IMG/VR virus record: IMGVR_UViG_3300045988_172839
Span: 174,526 to 238,525 of that record
Length of the DNA: 64,000 nt
Direction: 5' to 3' (one strand)
DNA from: a virus
Shown here: piece by piece, positions 9,393 to 18,595 of the stretch
Position numbering within the stretch: position 1 is the first letter of the stretch
Layout of the letters: every line of letters starts with the position of its first letter
Program-made: the position numbers and the translations under genes
Notes under the pieces: generated by a model
Told to the model about the DNA's origin: nothing
What the model saw: the letters and a program-made list of their open reading frames with translations, nothing else
Databases searched by the model: none

Positions 9393-9476
9393 CCCAAAGA
9401 AATTTGGGATACCCAAAGAAATTTGGGATACCCAAAGAAATTTGGGATACCCAAAGAAATTTGGGATACCCAAAGG
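9393..9476. repeat. 19-bp tandem repeat x4.4, each unit holding the near-palindrome TTTGGGTATCCCAAA
   Basis: cccaaagaaatttgggata repeated head-to-tail, in the intergenic space between 9482..10219 and 8890..9354. Confidence 0.95.
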
Positions 9477-9481
9477 TAGTT

Positions 9482-10219
9482 TTATACTGGGATTCTTGCA
9501 CTATGTAAAAAGCTTTCAATCTTTTCCATAGCTTCATTTATTTTTGTCATTACTCCTGAATTAGAGTAAAAATTACAAGGGACAGTAATCTTCGCAGTAA
9601 TAAGCTCATTAACAGAATTTGAAAAATCCAATACTAAACCTTCAGAGCCTAGATTAAACTTCATAGCACGTGAACCTGCAACTTCCTTAGAAACTTCAAC
9701 ACGACCAAGACTAACACTAGAAAAATTTGTCACAACAACTTGAAATTGATTAAAATTGAATGTAATCAATGAATTTGTAAAGTCGTATTTTAAATCAAAT
9801 TTATAAAAGTTACCACCTGTTAATTCAAGTAGAACTGACAAAGCGTTTATTAACCCTGAAACGTCATTAAACCAATATTGAATAGGATTCATAGCAGTTG
9901 CAGTTCCCAATATTTTCTCCATTTTAGCTCGCACTTCAGTTTCAGAATAAACTGCAATAGTGTACGAAATATCAGAGTAATGCTGAACCAACTGCAATGT
10001 ACCTAAAATATGGTTTACTACAACTTCCATCTGCAGTTTAGAACGTAAAGTGGAGTTCAAGCTATCAAGTTTTTCCTGTAATTTCTTACTTAATTTTAAA
10101 AACGGAAGCTCAACTTGGGAAGCTTGTTTTCTTTGTTCTATCTCTTTCATTAGTTGTAATTTAGACATTTCACTCTGTAAATCTAGTAAGCGAGTGTCTA
10201 TAGCGTCAATTAAATCCAT
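9482..10219 (-). CDS. hypothetical protein
   Basis: 245-aa ORF in array. Confidence 0.5.
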   Translation of the reverse strand: MDLIDAIDTRLLDLQSEMSKLQLMKEIEQRKQASQVELPFLKLSKKLQEKLDSLNSTLRSKLQMEVVVNHILGTLQLVQHYSDISYTIAVYSETEVRAKMEKILGTATAMNPIQYWFNDVSGLINALSVLLELTGGNFYKFDLKYDFTNSLITFNFNQFQVVVTNFSSVSLGRVEVSKEVAGSRAMKFNLGSEGLVLDFSNSVNELITAKITVPCNFYSNSGVMTKINEAMEKIESFLHSARIPV

Positions 10220-10220
10220 G

Positions 10221-10610
10221 TTAGTTTACCACCTCTCTATGCTTAAACAAGAGTTCAAAGGACTCTAAAATATCAAATCTTCGACTAGGGTGTGGTGTGA
10301 ACATATAAAGACCACAACTCAAACTAAACTTCAAACCTACCTTGTTCAACTTTAAAATCAAAGCCGTGTCAATTTGAGTCTCAAAACCTATTACTCCAAC
10401 CAAGTTTAACTTGTTATCAGAACCCAATCGAATCTTAGAGTGTTCACTTAGAGGAATTTCAAAATCATCTACCTCGTTTTGAACAAACTGAAGACTAGTT
10501 TTAGTTAGAACAGACAACAAGGTTTCTACCAACTCAGCTCTTTTCTTACTCGTAAAACAAAGTCGGGGTACAGTCGGATTAAGTGTACTTACATAAAAGT
10601 AAGGTTTCAT
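10221..10610 (-). CDS. hypothetical protein
   Basis: track ORF extends over promoter 10642-10670; ATG at 10610 preferred. Confidence 0.5.
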   Translation of the reverse strand: MKPYFYVSTLNPTVPRLCFTSKKRAELVETLLSVLTKTSLQFVQNEVDDFEIPLSEHSKIRLGSDNKLNLVGVIGFETQIDTALILKLNKVGLKFSLSCGLYMFTPHPSRRFDILESFELLFKHREVVN

Positions 10611-10641
10611 ACAGTTTCTCACTTTCTTCTTTATTTTCTTT

Positions 10642-10670
10642 ATTATATCAAAAAAGAGGAAATTTGTCAA
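10642..10670 (-). promoter_or_regulatory. sigma-A-type promoter (TTGACA-N17-TATAAT, TGn extended -10)
   Basis: TATAAT at 10642-10647 and TTGACA at 10665-10670. Confidence 0.7.
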
Positions 10671-10672
10671 AG

Positions 10673-10708
10673 AAAAAGAGAGGATACCGCTTGGTAAACT
10701 CTCTTTTT
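10673..10708 (-). terminator. intrinsic terminator hairpin with GGTATC in the loop
   Basis: 10-bp stem aaaaagagag/ctctcttttt, U-run on the minus-strand RNA, directly after the stop of 10716..11099. Confidence 0.7.
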
Positions 10709-10715
10709 ACATTCT

Positions 10716-11099
10716 TTAAATCTCTTTCGCAAGCGCAAGATACCGCTCAAAAGCTGTTTCTAAGTCAAGAATTTCTGCAAGTGTCAAACTAACAACTCCT
10801 CGGTCTAGTTCGTAAAGCAAACCTTTGTCGTAAAGATTTAAGACCTTTTTAGTTGAAACATAAGGCTCTGGATCATACTCTTCTACAAGTCTAAGACCTA
10901 GTTCTGGAGAAAACTCTAAGTCATAACGATTAGTTAACTTAAATCTAAAATAATCATCACTGGTTTGTTTTAGCTCCAAATCATAATCAATCATAGCTTT
11001 ATAGGCAATTTTCTCTAAAAGAAGAGCTGTCTTTTCACTCAGAAAAGAATAGTTTCCGTAAACTGTTTCAGCAGTGTAAAGAAGTGTGCGTTTAGGCAT
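10716..11099 (-). CDS. hypothetical protein
   Basis: 127 aa; GAGGA 7 nt upstream of ATG. Confidence 0.55.
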   Translation of the reverse strand: MPKRTLLYTAETVYGNYSFLSEKTALLLEKIAYKAMIDYDLELKQTSDDYFRFKLTNRYDLEFSPELGLRLVEEYDPEPYVSTKKVLNLYDKGLLYELDRGVVSLTLAEILDLETAFERYLALAKEI

Positions 11100-11129
11100 G
11101 TTTTGTCCTCATTTCATTTTATTGATTTA

Positions 11130-11158
11130 ATTATATCAAAAATGTCTTATTTTGTCAA
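11130..11158 (-). promoter_or_regulatory. sigma-A-type promoter (TTGACA-N17-TATAAT)
   Basis: TATAAT at 11130-11135 and TTGACA at 11153-11158. Confidence 0.7.
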
Positions 11159-11160
11159 GC

Positions 11161-11197
11161 AAAAAGAGAGGATACCGCTAGGTAAAGCTCTCTTTTT
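11161..11197 (-). terminator. intrinsic terminator hairpin with GGTATC in the loop
   Basis: stem aaaaagagag/ctctcttttt followed by a U-run on the minus RNA. Confidence 0.7.
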
Positions 11198-11199
11198 GC

Positions 11200-11589
11200 T
11201 TATAAAGGTAAATCTAAAGGACTGTGAACTATCATAGTGGCTTTAAACCCATCTTTTTTCTTGTTTTTAACAACACCTTGAGCAACTTCCTGAGAAGAGT
11301 AAAGACCTATAGACTTAGAACCCGTTGAAGTCCAATCATTAGTCTCAGAGTCGTAATTTCGGTCGTCAATGCGAACTTCGTATTTAGGTCTTACATAGCG
11401 AATGAGATAAGTATTTATAATAAAAGTGACACCTACATGGTTAGAAACCAAGGCAACATCTACCACATAATAACCGCGAGCTTTTAGAACATCTAATTTA
11501 GACTGAAGTTGCTTTTCGTCAAAGTCTGAACCTGCTTTTTCAAGAGTAACATACATAAACTCTATATCTGCTTTTGTGAAAACTTCCAT
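11200..11589 (-). CDS. hypothetical protein
   Basis: 129-aa ORF in array. Confidence 0.5.
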   Translation of the reverse strand: MEVFTKADIEFMYVTLEKAGSDFDEKQLQSKLDVLKARGYYVVDVALVSNHVGVTFIINTYLIRYVRPKYEVRIDDRNYDSETNDWTSTGSKSIGLYSSQEVAQGVVKNKKKDGFKATMIVHSPLDLPL

Positions 11590-11591
11590 AA

Positions 11592-11900
11592 CTAAACCTT
11601 ACCTCTAAAAACTTTCCGAGCTAAATCATTACGTTCCTTAACCCAATCCAACCCCTTGTCGTGTAAATCTCGAACCATATCATTGTACTCAATCAGAGAA
11701 TCCAACCCACTCTTTCTAGTAGTTAAATCAATGACCTCAGAAGAAGGTTGAGGAGAAAGACGTCCCATCAAGAAATCCAATTTACGAGTATCTTTAAAGT
11801 AATCATCAGAAGTTCTACCTAAAATAACTACTTTATCTTTTAATCGTTTACCTAATTCAGCACCCATTTTATTCACTATCCTTCCAAACAAACAACGCAC
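11592..11900 (-). CDS. hypothetical protein
   Basis: 102-aa ORF in array. Confidence 0.45.
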   Translation of the reverse strand: MRCLFGRIVNKMGAELGKRLKDKVVILGRTSDDYFKDTRKLDFLMGRLSPQPSSEVIDLTTRKSGLDSLIEYNDMVRDLHDKGLDWVKERNDLARKVFRGKV

Positions 11901-12570
11901 CTAGACTGTTTAAGATATAGAAAAGGTACTTACCAACGTTAGCAAAGTTCCCTTGAATAAGAGCTTTAGCTAACTGCACAAAGTTATAGAACAACCAAAA
12001 GCTCCATTGAGTTGTAAGTTTAAGTGCATTTAAACCGTTAGCCACCAAAGATAAAGCAAAGGCTATGGTTGTTACATAAGCGAGAGGGTTCATTTGACCC
12101 TGATACCCTATATAATTGGTGAGGTACGAGAAGGCAAATGAAATAACTATCAAAGTTGGTACAATCCAATTTAGACGAGCTTTTGAAATAGTATTGGCTT
12201 TACCGTCTTGCGACTTGTTCCATAAGTAAATAGCTCCAAGGTAGATGAGGAACGTAATGGGATAAGTTATAATTGCAGCTTTATTGCCTAAAATATAGTC
12301 AATTAAGCCAGACAAGACTGCATTGATAATACCTAGATAATTCCCTAACTTACTCAATTTTCCAGTAAATCGAGTGGACATCATGGAAATCGCTACATTT
12401 CCTACTGAAATCCAACCAAAAGGAACAAATACTGTCCAAGTTCCCCAATCAACTAACTGGTTGAGCCATTTGGTGTGATACCCTGCGGAAATTGCAATCA
12501 TGAGAACTAGGATAACCCCTAGCAAGTCAAACCACTGAGAAGTGGCGAATTGTTTCAATTTTTGTTTCAT
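11869..12570 (-). CDS. PnuC-like nicotinamide riboside/NMN transporter
   Basis: 233 aa, about 7 hydrophobic helices, size and Trp/Asn-rich helix pattern recalled from the PnuC family; motif-level only. Confidence 0.45.
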   Translation of the reverse strand: MKQKLKQFATSQWFDLLGVILVLMIAISAGYHTKWLNQLVDWGTWTVFVPFGWISVGNVAISMMSTRFTGKLSKLGNYLGIINAVLSGLIDYILGNKAAIITYPITFLIYLGAIYLWNKSQDGKANTISKARLNWIVPTLIVISFAFSYLTNYIGYQGQMNPLAYVTTIAFALSLVANGLNALKLTTQWSFWLFYNFVQLAKALIQGNFANVGKYLFYILNSLGALFVWKDSE

Positions 12571-12584
12571 AAAAATGTTCCTTT

Positions 12585-13391
12585 CTACTCAGTAACCAAT
12601 GTGACTTGTACAGTTACTTTATCATTATCTTCGTTATCTAATTCTACCAAACGAGAAACTAGAGAGTCAAAAGTTGACTGCAAATCAGTTGACGAAACAC
12701 CTTCTTGCAATGCTTGTACTGTTGCACTTTGTACTTTATTGAATTGAAGAGTGACTTTAGAATCTGAGTCTTTAGTGTAAGGTAATAAAGTGATCGAATC
12801 ATCACAAAAACACTCAATTTGACCTTCCAATTTAACCGTATAGCGATCTATTTGAGACTCATAAGAAATATAGAGTTGGTAATCAAAAATACGAGGTAGT
12901 TTAGAACTGTAAACATAAAGTGAAAGTTCTCTTCCAAGTTGACCTTCAAAATAAGGTGAAACACCAATATCCAAATCACACAAGAACTTTATTAAATCAA
13001 GTTGTTGCTCCACGATAGACAGCTGCTCTAACAACTCATCACCTTTAATAACTTCCTCAAAAGTGTAGACCAAAATTGGTACAAAAACATCACCTTTACC
13101 GTAATAAAGAGCAAGTTGCTTGTAGCTTTCTAATGGAAGTTCTTCTTCACTAAGAGTTACTACCTCAGACTTGCGAGCAAGCAATAAAGGGATACTACTA
13201 TTGCTAAGTAAGTCGTTTACATAAGCGAGTTTGCTTTGTAGTTGGACGTCTCCAAATAGTAAGTCGCCCTTTTCTGCTGCATTTAACTGCTCCTCCAAAG
13301 GTTTAATTTTGTGTGAGAAATTTAAGCAAGCGTCATATTCTTCTCTTTTCAACTGTTCTAGTTCTTTTCTTAATTCTTCTGTTGTTTTCAT
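12585..13391 (-). CDS. hypothetical protein (N-terminal coiled coil)
   Basis: 268 aa; ELRKELEQLKREE heptad-like N-terminus. Confidence 0.5.
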   Translation of the reverse strand: MKTTEELRKELEQLKREEYDACLNFSHKIKPLEEQLNAAEKGDLLFGDVQLQSKLAYVNDLLSNSSIPLLLARKSEVVTLSEEELPLESYKQLALYYGKGDVFVPILVYTFEEVIKGDELLEQLSIVEQQLDLIKFLCDLDIGVSPYFEGQLGRELSLYVYSSKLPRIFDYQLYISYESQIDRYTVKLEGQIECFCDDSITLLPYTKDSDSKVTLQFNKVQSATVQALQEGVSSTDLQSTFDSLVSRLVELDNEDNDKVTVQVTLVTE

Positions 13392-13417
13392 TGTCTTTTC
13401 TTTCTAAATCGCTTATT

Positions 13418-14212
13418 TTAATGACTCACTACATTAAACTTGTTACGAAACTCAGTAAGTTCTTCTTCTAGCTCAACCATAACCTTACCTAAATCCTTGT
13501 AGGTAGTAAATGACTTGTGAACTGACAAGATCTGTTCAAATGAACCTGTATAGTCCTCATCATGAACGTACAAATTTTCTGCACGTGTTTGAATACAAAT
13601 ATTACTGTTTTTAAATCTAAGTGAACAAAACTCAGACTCAAAAGTTAAAGTGTCATTTACAATCAAAACATAAGGGCGCTTTACAACCAAAATACAATCA
13701 TAAGAGTCCATGTATTGATTTGTGTAAGTAAAATATAATTTATCCAAAAAATTATCATAAGACTTGAAAGTAAGACTTGCACCATTCAAGTAAAGCAAAC
13801 TTTTAACTTTAAACACACTACTTACTAATTTCAAAGAACCTTGAAGCCATAATTGGATATCCTCAAAAGTAATGATTTGGTTAAAAGACTCCACCAAACC
13901 ATAGAAAACACGCTTATCTTTAGGGTCAAGAACTTTAAAACTAGAGAGGCCTTCTTTCGAATCTCTATCATTAACGATAAATACCCAATTACGTTTGTAA
14001 TCAATACTTAAAGCCAATCCTAATTCACATTTCACCAATTCATTTTGAAGTTTTTGAATCAGATGGCTTAGAGTCTCATCTTCTAACAAACTGGAAGCTT
14101 TATCCTTCGCCAAACTTTCTTGTGCTTTTACGAGTTGTTGTCTTGCTCTCAAAGAACCAAGTTTGTCCTCTAACTCTTTAATTTCTTTATCTAATTCTAC
14201 GGAATTTGTCAT
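13418..14212 (-). CDS. hypothetical protein (N-terminal coiled coil)
   Basis: 264 aa; AAGAAGG RBS; architecture similar to 12585..13391. Confidence 0.5.
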   Translation of the reverse strand: MTNSVELDKEIKELEDKLGSLRARQQLVKAQESLAKDKASSLLEDETLSHLIQKLQNELVKCELGLALSIDYKRNWVFIVNDRDSKEGLSSFKVLDPKDKRVFYGLVESFNQIITFEDIQLWLQGSLKLVSSVFKVKSLLYLNGASLTFKSYDNFLDKLYFTYTNQYMDSYDCILVVKRPYVLIVNDTLTFESEFCSLRFKNSNICIQTRAENLYVHDEDYTGSFEQILSVHKSFTTYKDLGKVMVELEEELTEFRNKFNVVSH

Positions 14213-14243
14213 GTTTATTACCTTCTTTTACTCAATTTTCTTT

Positions 14244-14272
14244 ATTATATCAAAAACAAAAGAAAAAGTCAA
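14244..14272 (-). promoter_or_regulatory. sigma-A-type promoter (TTGACT-N17-TATAAT)
   Basis: TATAAT at 14244-14249 and TTGACT at 14267-14272. Confidence 0.65.
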
Positions 14273-14321
14273 GTAATACCCTCGACTTTTGTTGAACTTG
14301 TAAGATACCGCGAGCGAATTT

Positions 14322-14567
14322 TTAGCGATAAGACTTAAAGCTGTGGTTAATGTATCTTCGGTCTTTGTGTGCTGTCCACAAAAGACGGAGACCTTGTTCC
14401 GTTTGAAGGTATAGAGTCTCTACTACGCTTGTGATCGGTCTGTGGTCTGGTGTGCAAGCAGTTACTTTGCTATGGAAAACTGCAGTTATTGTCACGTCTT
14501 CTCCCTCTTTAGTTGGGAGGTTAAAATCTCGGATACCGAGAACTGTTGGTACTTCTTGAAGTTTCAT
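14322..14567 (-). CDS. hypothetical protein
   Basis: 81-aa ORF in array. Confidence 0.45.
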   Translation of the reverse strand: MKLQEVPTVLGIRDFNLPTKEGEDVTITAVFHSKVTACTPDHRPITSVVETLYLQTEQGLRLLWTAHKDRRYINHSFKSYR

Positions 14568-14583
14568 GTGTCAAACCTACTTT

Positions 14584-15027
14584 CTAATAATTCTCTTGAG
14601 CTAAAGCAAAAACCGACCCTTGAGTGGTCAATAGCAACCAATTTAACGGTGAATCATGTTTTGTGCGCAGATGCAAAGCATCAAAACTTAGAGGAACTTT
14701 CGTACTAAACGTAATCAATTCTTGCCAACATAAATGTGCCAAGGGTTTAATCGGTTCGTAAACTTTAGTGTAGGAATCAGTAAAACAGAGAACCCCTACT
14801 GTGTAAACCTCTGTTGTACCATCAGATAGTTCTTTTCGATAAGGTGGCTTTGTAATCCCAATATTTGTAAGAAGACCAGCTTCAAATTGATCTAACTCCT
14901 TACTCAAAGGAGTTAAAGTGTCCCAAAATTTGTTGAGAAAACCCATGTCATACACGCTCATTGGGTCGTTTACTGGAAAATGGGATTTAGTAATACGAAG
15001 TTCAAATAATTGTACTGTTTTAGTCAT
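14584..15027 (-). CDS. hypothetical protein
   Basis: second ATG (15027) has AAAGGAAA 9 nt upstream; first ATG lies only 11 nt from the -10 box. Confidence 0.5.
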   Translation of the reverse strand: MTKTVQLFELRITKSHFPVNDPMSVYDMGFLNKFWDTLTPLSKELDQFEAGLLTNIGITKPPYRKELSDGTTEVYTVGVLCFTDSYTKVYEPIKPLAHLCWQELITFSTKVPLSFDALHLRTKHDSPLNWLLLTTQGSVFALAQENY

Positions 15028-15056
15028 TCTATTATTTCCTTTCATTTAATGATTTA

Positions 15057-15085
15057 ATTATATCAAAAACAGTAGAAAAAGTCAA
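15057..15085 (-). promoter_or_regulatory. sigma-A-type promoter (TTGACT-N17-TATAAT)
   Basis: TATAAT at 15057-15062 and TTGACT at 15080-15085. Confidence 0.65.
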
Positions 15086-15087
15086 TA

Positions 15088-15114
15088 TAAAAAGAGCAAA
15101 AACTTGCTCTTTTC
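15088..15114 (-). terminator. intrinsic terminator
   Basis: hairpin aaagagcaa/ttgctcttt plus U-run after the stop of 15115..15756. Confidence 0.6.
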
Positions 15115-15756
15115 TTATATTTTTGTTACATCAGACCAACGTAAAACGTCTTTGTTGTAAGGGCTATACTTACTGTATCGAATGAACAATAAAACAACAC
15201 CCATAGCAAGTAGTAAACTACCAAAGAAAGTAAAGGCTGGCACAAAACCATGTGTATTCACATAAGTTTGAAGTTGACTTCCCGAAATAGAAGCACCTTC
15301 GTTAGTAAATGGAGAAGGTACAGAGAGATCGTAAGAATCTCGGAACACCCACATCACAAACTTATTAACTAAAGGACTAATTGCCAAAGCAAGTAGAGCA
15401 GAAATTAAAAGCATCCAATTTTCTAAATGATTTAATCTCTTATAGGCTTTAGATTTCTCTTTAGCACAAGTCAAATAAAGGCGACCTTTCAACTTGAAAA
15501 ATTTGCAGTAAATATAAGGACTTTCGAGTTTTCCCATGACGATACCCAGGTAATCATATTCCATAGTGTCTACATCGGTCACATCAACTGTAAAGTCAAC
15601 CATGTCAAGCTCTTTTGCCTTTTCGACTTCTGGTTGAATAAGTTCAGTTAGACGATTGAGTTTAGCTCTTTCAGTATTTAGAGCACTGTCGTCAGTCAGC
15701 AAAGATTGATATTTTACTAATAACACTGAATAAGAATCGTTTTTAAATAGTTGCAT
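15115..15756 (-). CDS. membrane protein, paralog family member 1
   Basis: soluble N-terminal half plus C-terminal TM helices; same layout as the next two genes. Confidence 0.55.
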   Translation of the reverse strand: MQLFKNDSYSVLLVKYQSLLTDDSALNTERAKLNRLTELIQPEVEKAKELDMVDFTVDVTDVDTMEYDYLGIVMGKLESPYIYCKFFKLKGRLYLTCAKEKSKAYKRLNHLENWMLLISALLALAISPLVNKFVMWVFRDSYDLSVPSPFTNEGASISGSQLQTYVNTHGFVPAFTFFGSLLLAMGVVLLFIRYSKYSPYNKDVLRWSDVTKI

Positions 15757-15794
15757 TGAAATTTCCTTTCAAATAAATTACGCTTATGATTTTA

Positions 15795-16427
15795 TCATAA
15801 AATACTTGGTTTGTCAATAGAATCAAGCGTTCCGAAGTATAACAAATTCTCCAGTTTCTTACCCCATGCAGTTCCCTTAAACCAAACCACATATAAGTCA
15901 AGTGAACCTAAAGAAATGACTACAGATAAAAGGAATGTCAAGAAAACATAGAAAATATAACTAAGTGGAGGTATCATCGGATGATTGGGTCTTGGTAAGT
16001 TAGCTTTCAAAAAGTCAAAAAGCCCATAAAAAGCAAGACCACTTACGGTAAAAGCAAAAATAGGAAGTGACATATAACCTAAAACAAAAGCAAAAACCTG
16101 CAAAAGATACCGAATGTACTCTTCTTTGGGTTTGTTCTTGTACAAAGTTAGTTCAAAATCGTCACCTACTTTGACCCACTTATAGTAAGTGTAATCAAGG
16201 TTCAAATCCTCAATAACCTCTGAGAGTAAACCTAAACTAAAAAGCTCCTTTGACAAAATTCGAAGAGTTAACTTTTTTGATCCGCATAATGAAGGAGAAA
16301 AACTCAAAGTCTTAGTCATTACTTCAAAAACCTTATCTCTCACCGATTGAGACATAGGAGAGCTAACAATATCTTTAGGCAAGAAAACATAAGCATCATC
16401 GAAATAAGTTTGAATAAAATCAATCAT
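15795..16427 (-). CDS. membrane protein, paralog family member 2
   Basis: LTLYKNKPKEEYIRYLLQVFAF aligns with LTLYKTRPEAISRLYLAILL of 16420..17022. Confidence 0.55.
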   Translation of the reverse strand: MIDFIQTYFDDAYVFLPKDIVSSPMSQSVRDKVFEVMTKTLSFSPSLCGSKKLTLRILSKELFSLGLLSEVIEDLNLDYTYYKWVKVGDDFELTLYKNKPKEEYIRYLLQVFAFVLGYMSLPIFAFTVSGLAFYGLFDFLKANLPRPNHPMIPPLSYIFYVFLTFLLSVVISLGSLDLYVVWFKGTAWGKKLENLLYFGTLDSIDKPSIL

Positions 16428-17022
16428 TTTCTACCACCTTATCAAATCTTATTGTATGTTCAAATTCTTTTGCGACTTTCGAATAGCGAAACAGTACGCT
16501 TGCAACCGTATTAGAACTTATTAGCACAAAGAAGACTGTTAGGAAGTTCAAGAGAATTGTAACTAAAAAAGACGAAGCAAACTGCGATTTTACAAGTTCC
16601 AAGCCGGGAGACAATACCTCAAATATCAAGGAAGCCGTCATCAAAGCAAGTATCAACCAAAGCAACCCTCTCAATAATATAGCTAAATATAGCCGAGAAA
16701 TCGCTTCTGGGCGAGTTTTATATAGAGTGAGTAGAAAGTTACCTTCAAACTTCTCAAGGCGCGTGTAGGCGATTTTAGAGCCGATTTTTGATAGTGCTTT
16801 TGAAAGCAAACTATAGTTGAACTTTGAAGGGGTTAAAAGAGTGAATGTCAAGCTCTCTAAGTTATTCTTCTCCATAAAGTCTAACTGAGGAGTTAATTCC
16901 TCAATCATAAAACCCAGTGTTTCTCTATCATATTCTGCTTGACGGTCTTTCTTTCGTTGTTCTAATTCTTTCAATTTGCGATTTTCATCGCCAAATAAAA
17001 ATCCTAACCAGAACATTATCAA
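16420..17022 (-). CDS. membrane protein, paralog family member 3
   Basis: see 15795..16427. Confidence 0.55.
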   Translation of the reverse strand: MIMFWLGFLFGDENRKLKELEQRKKDRQAEYDRETLGFMIEELTPQLDFMEKNNLESLTFTLLTPSKFNYSLLSKALSKIGSKIAYTRLEKFEGNFLLTLYKTRPEAISRLYLAILLRGLLWLILALMTASLIFEVLSPGLELVKSQFASSFLVTILLNFLTVFFVLISSNTVASVLFRYSKVAKEFEHTIRFDKVVEND

Positions 17023-17525
17023 AGTCCTCCCCCAAGCTTAAATTCCAAGGATACGGTGTGACTTCCCCTAAGTCCTGTAATCGTAATTGTCTCAGAACTT
17101 GCAGAGAAACCAAATGGAAATTGTAAGGCTTGTCTTACTTCTCTTGTAGTTAAAGGTAGCAAGTCAGTAAACCACACATGAACCTCAGTGTCTTGCAACT
17201 CTGTGAAATCTAAGTGGTCTGAGCTGCGCATTACTCGTGCAATGTCAGTAGGTGGAATAACTGCAACCCTTACCCAATTAGGTGCAAGTGCTTGAACTAC
17301 TGCTACTACTTTACCTCTTAGATAAACATAAGTATGGTAAACAAAACCATCAGACATGGGGTTAATTGAACCCTCAATCTTAAAATCAAACTCATAGTCT
17401 TTAAGTTTACCATAGCTTCCAAATTCTTCACTCACTAATGCTTGTTTGATAAAAGCTGAAAGCTTTCTGAACGCTACTTTTTGTTTCTGAAAATAGGGGA
17501 ATGTTTCAAGTAAAATTGTGTCCAT
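17019..17525 (-). CDS. hypothetical protein
   Basis: 168-aa ORF in array. Confidence 0.5.
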   Translation of the reverse strand: MDTILLETFPYFQKQKVAFRKLSAFIKQALVSEEFGSYGKLKDYEFDFKIEGSINPMSDGFVYHTYVYLRGKVVAVVQALAPNWVRVAVIPPTDIARVMRSSDHLDFTELQDTEVHVWFTDLLPLTTREVRQALQFPFGFSASSETITITGLRGSHTVSLEFKLGGGL

Positions 17526-17539
17526 AACTTAACTCCATT

Positions 17540-17833
17540 CTAACCAAAATCATACTCAATGAACAAATTAAATTCATTCTTTCTGCTATGTGGAGTCAAC
17601 CACAAACCTTTAACCTTATAAGGTTTTTCAATGCGCTCAAGGGAACGCATAAGACCATGCAATTCTTTCATATTGTCAACGTAGTAGTGAGGGTAAGCGC
17701 CCCAATTATAATTTTCAACTTTACCATGTTGGCGAAGCTTTTTGTGTGATACCCCTGGTGTGTTACGTAGCAAGTTATAAAACTCTTCTCTCATGCTAAT
17801 GTTAGATGAAATCCAAATTTTTGTTGAGTTCAT
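17540..17833 (-). CDS. hypothetical protein
   Basis: 97-aa ORF in array. Confidence 0.45.
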   Translation of the reverse strand: MNSTKIWISSNISMREEFYNLLRNTPGVSHKKLRQHGKVENYNWGAYPHYYVDNMKELHGLMRSLERIEKPYKVKGLWLTPHSRKNEFNLFIEYDFG

Positions 17834-17850
17834 GTAATTTTCCTTTCAAT

Positions 17851-18267
17851 CTAATTCAAAACATCATTTAAATTTAAATCCAGTTGTGTGACTTTCTCAA
17901 TCTCGTCCCACTTGTTTTCAAAAGCACTTTTGTACTCATCAGAAGGTGGTTGAGTTTTCGAATACGACACTATAGCTAACAACTCCTCTAAGGTCAACTT
18001 AGCTAATTTCATGGGTTTAACAGAATGTTCAACAAAGTCTTCATGCACTACTGTCTTTACAATCTCACCTTTGTCCGTCATGTGAAACTTATGTTCCAAC
18101 AAAACTTTACCTAAAGGGTCTACGATAGCGTGAGTCCCAAAATGTTTCTCACTTAAAGCCAAGTAATTCAACAAAATTTGAACATCTGAGCCAACAGTTT
18201 GTACTGCTTGTAGTAGTTGTTTTATGCGCATTATACTTCTCCAATCAAAAACTTGATTTCTTCCCAA
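17851..18267 (-). CDS. hypothetical protein
   Basis: 138-aa ORF in array. Confidence 0.5.
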   Translation of the reverse strand: MGRNQVFDWRSIMRIKQLLQAVQTVGSDVQILLNYLALSEKHFGTHAIVDPLGKVLLEHKFHMTDKGEIVKTVVHEDFVEHSVKPMKLAKLTLEELLAIVSYSKTQPPSDEYKSAFENKWDEIEKVTQLDLNLNDVLN

Positions 18268-18590
18268 TTAGTTGCACAAATTCCTCTATATCTCAAAGGA
18301 GCTTGGTGTTTACTGCGCTCAATAGCATTTTCTAAATCAGCTAAAGTAACTTCCATAGGAAAACCTTTAGATTGCTCAAAAGTTTCAAAAGATACCGATT
18401 TTCGCAGTTGACCATCTACGGTTGCATAAATGTCAACCTCCAAAAGAGAACCATCCGGGGATGTATGTAAATACTGTAATGTATTTGATGGTGTTTGTTT
18501 CAAGTATCTACCAACTGTTAAAAATCCTTCAACTTCACTATGTTCCATTACTTGTCCCAAGTTATTTAAAATTATTTCTTCTTTTTTCAT
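18231..18590 (-). CDS. hypothetical protein
   Basis: 119-aa ORF in array. Confidence 0.45.
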   Translation of the reverse strand: MKKEEIILNNLGQVMEHSEVEGFLTVGRYLKQTPSNTLQYLHTSPDGSLLEVDIYATVDGQLRKSVSFETFEQSKGFPMEVTLADLENAIERSKHQAPLRYRGICATNWEEIKFLIGEV

Positions 18591-18595
18591 TTTTT

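Noticed and set aside
9355-9537. N-terminal extension of 8890..9537 encoding repeated FGYPKFLW
   Set aside because: It is a direct translation of the 19-bp tandem DNA repeat, and it overlaps the 3' end of 9482..10219. A downstream ATG (9354) with an RBS gives a compact gene.
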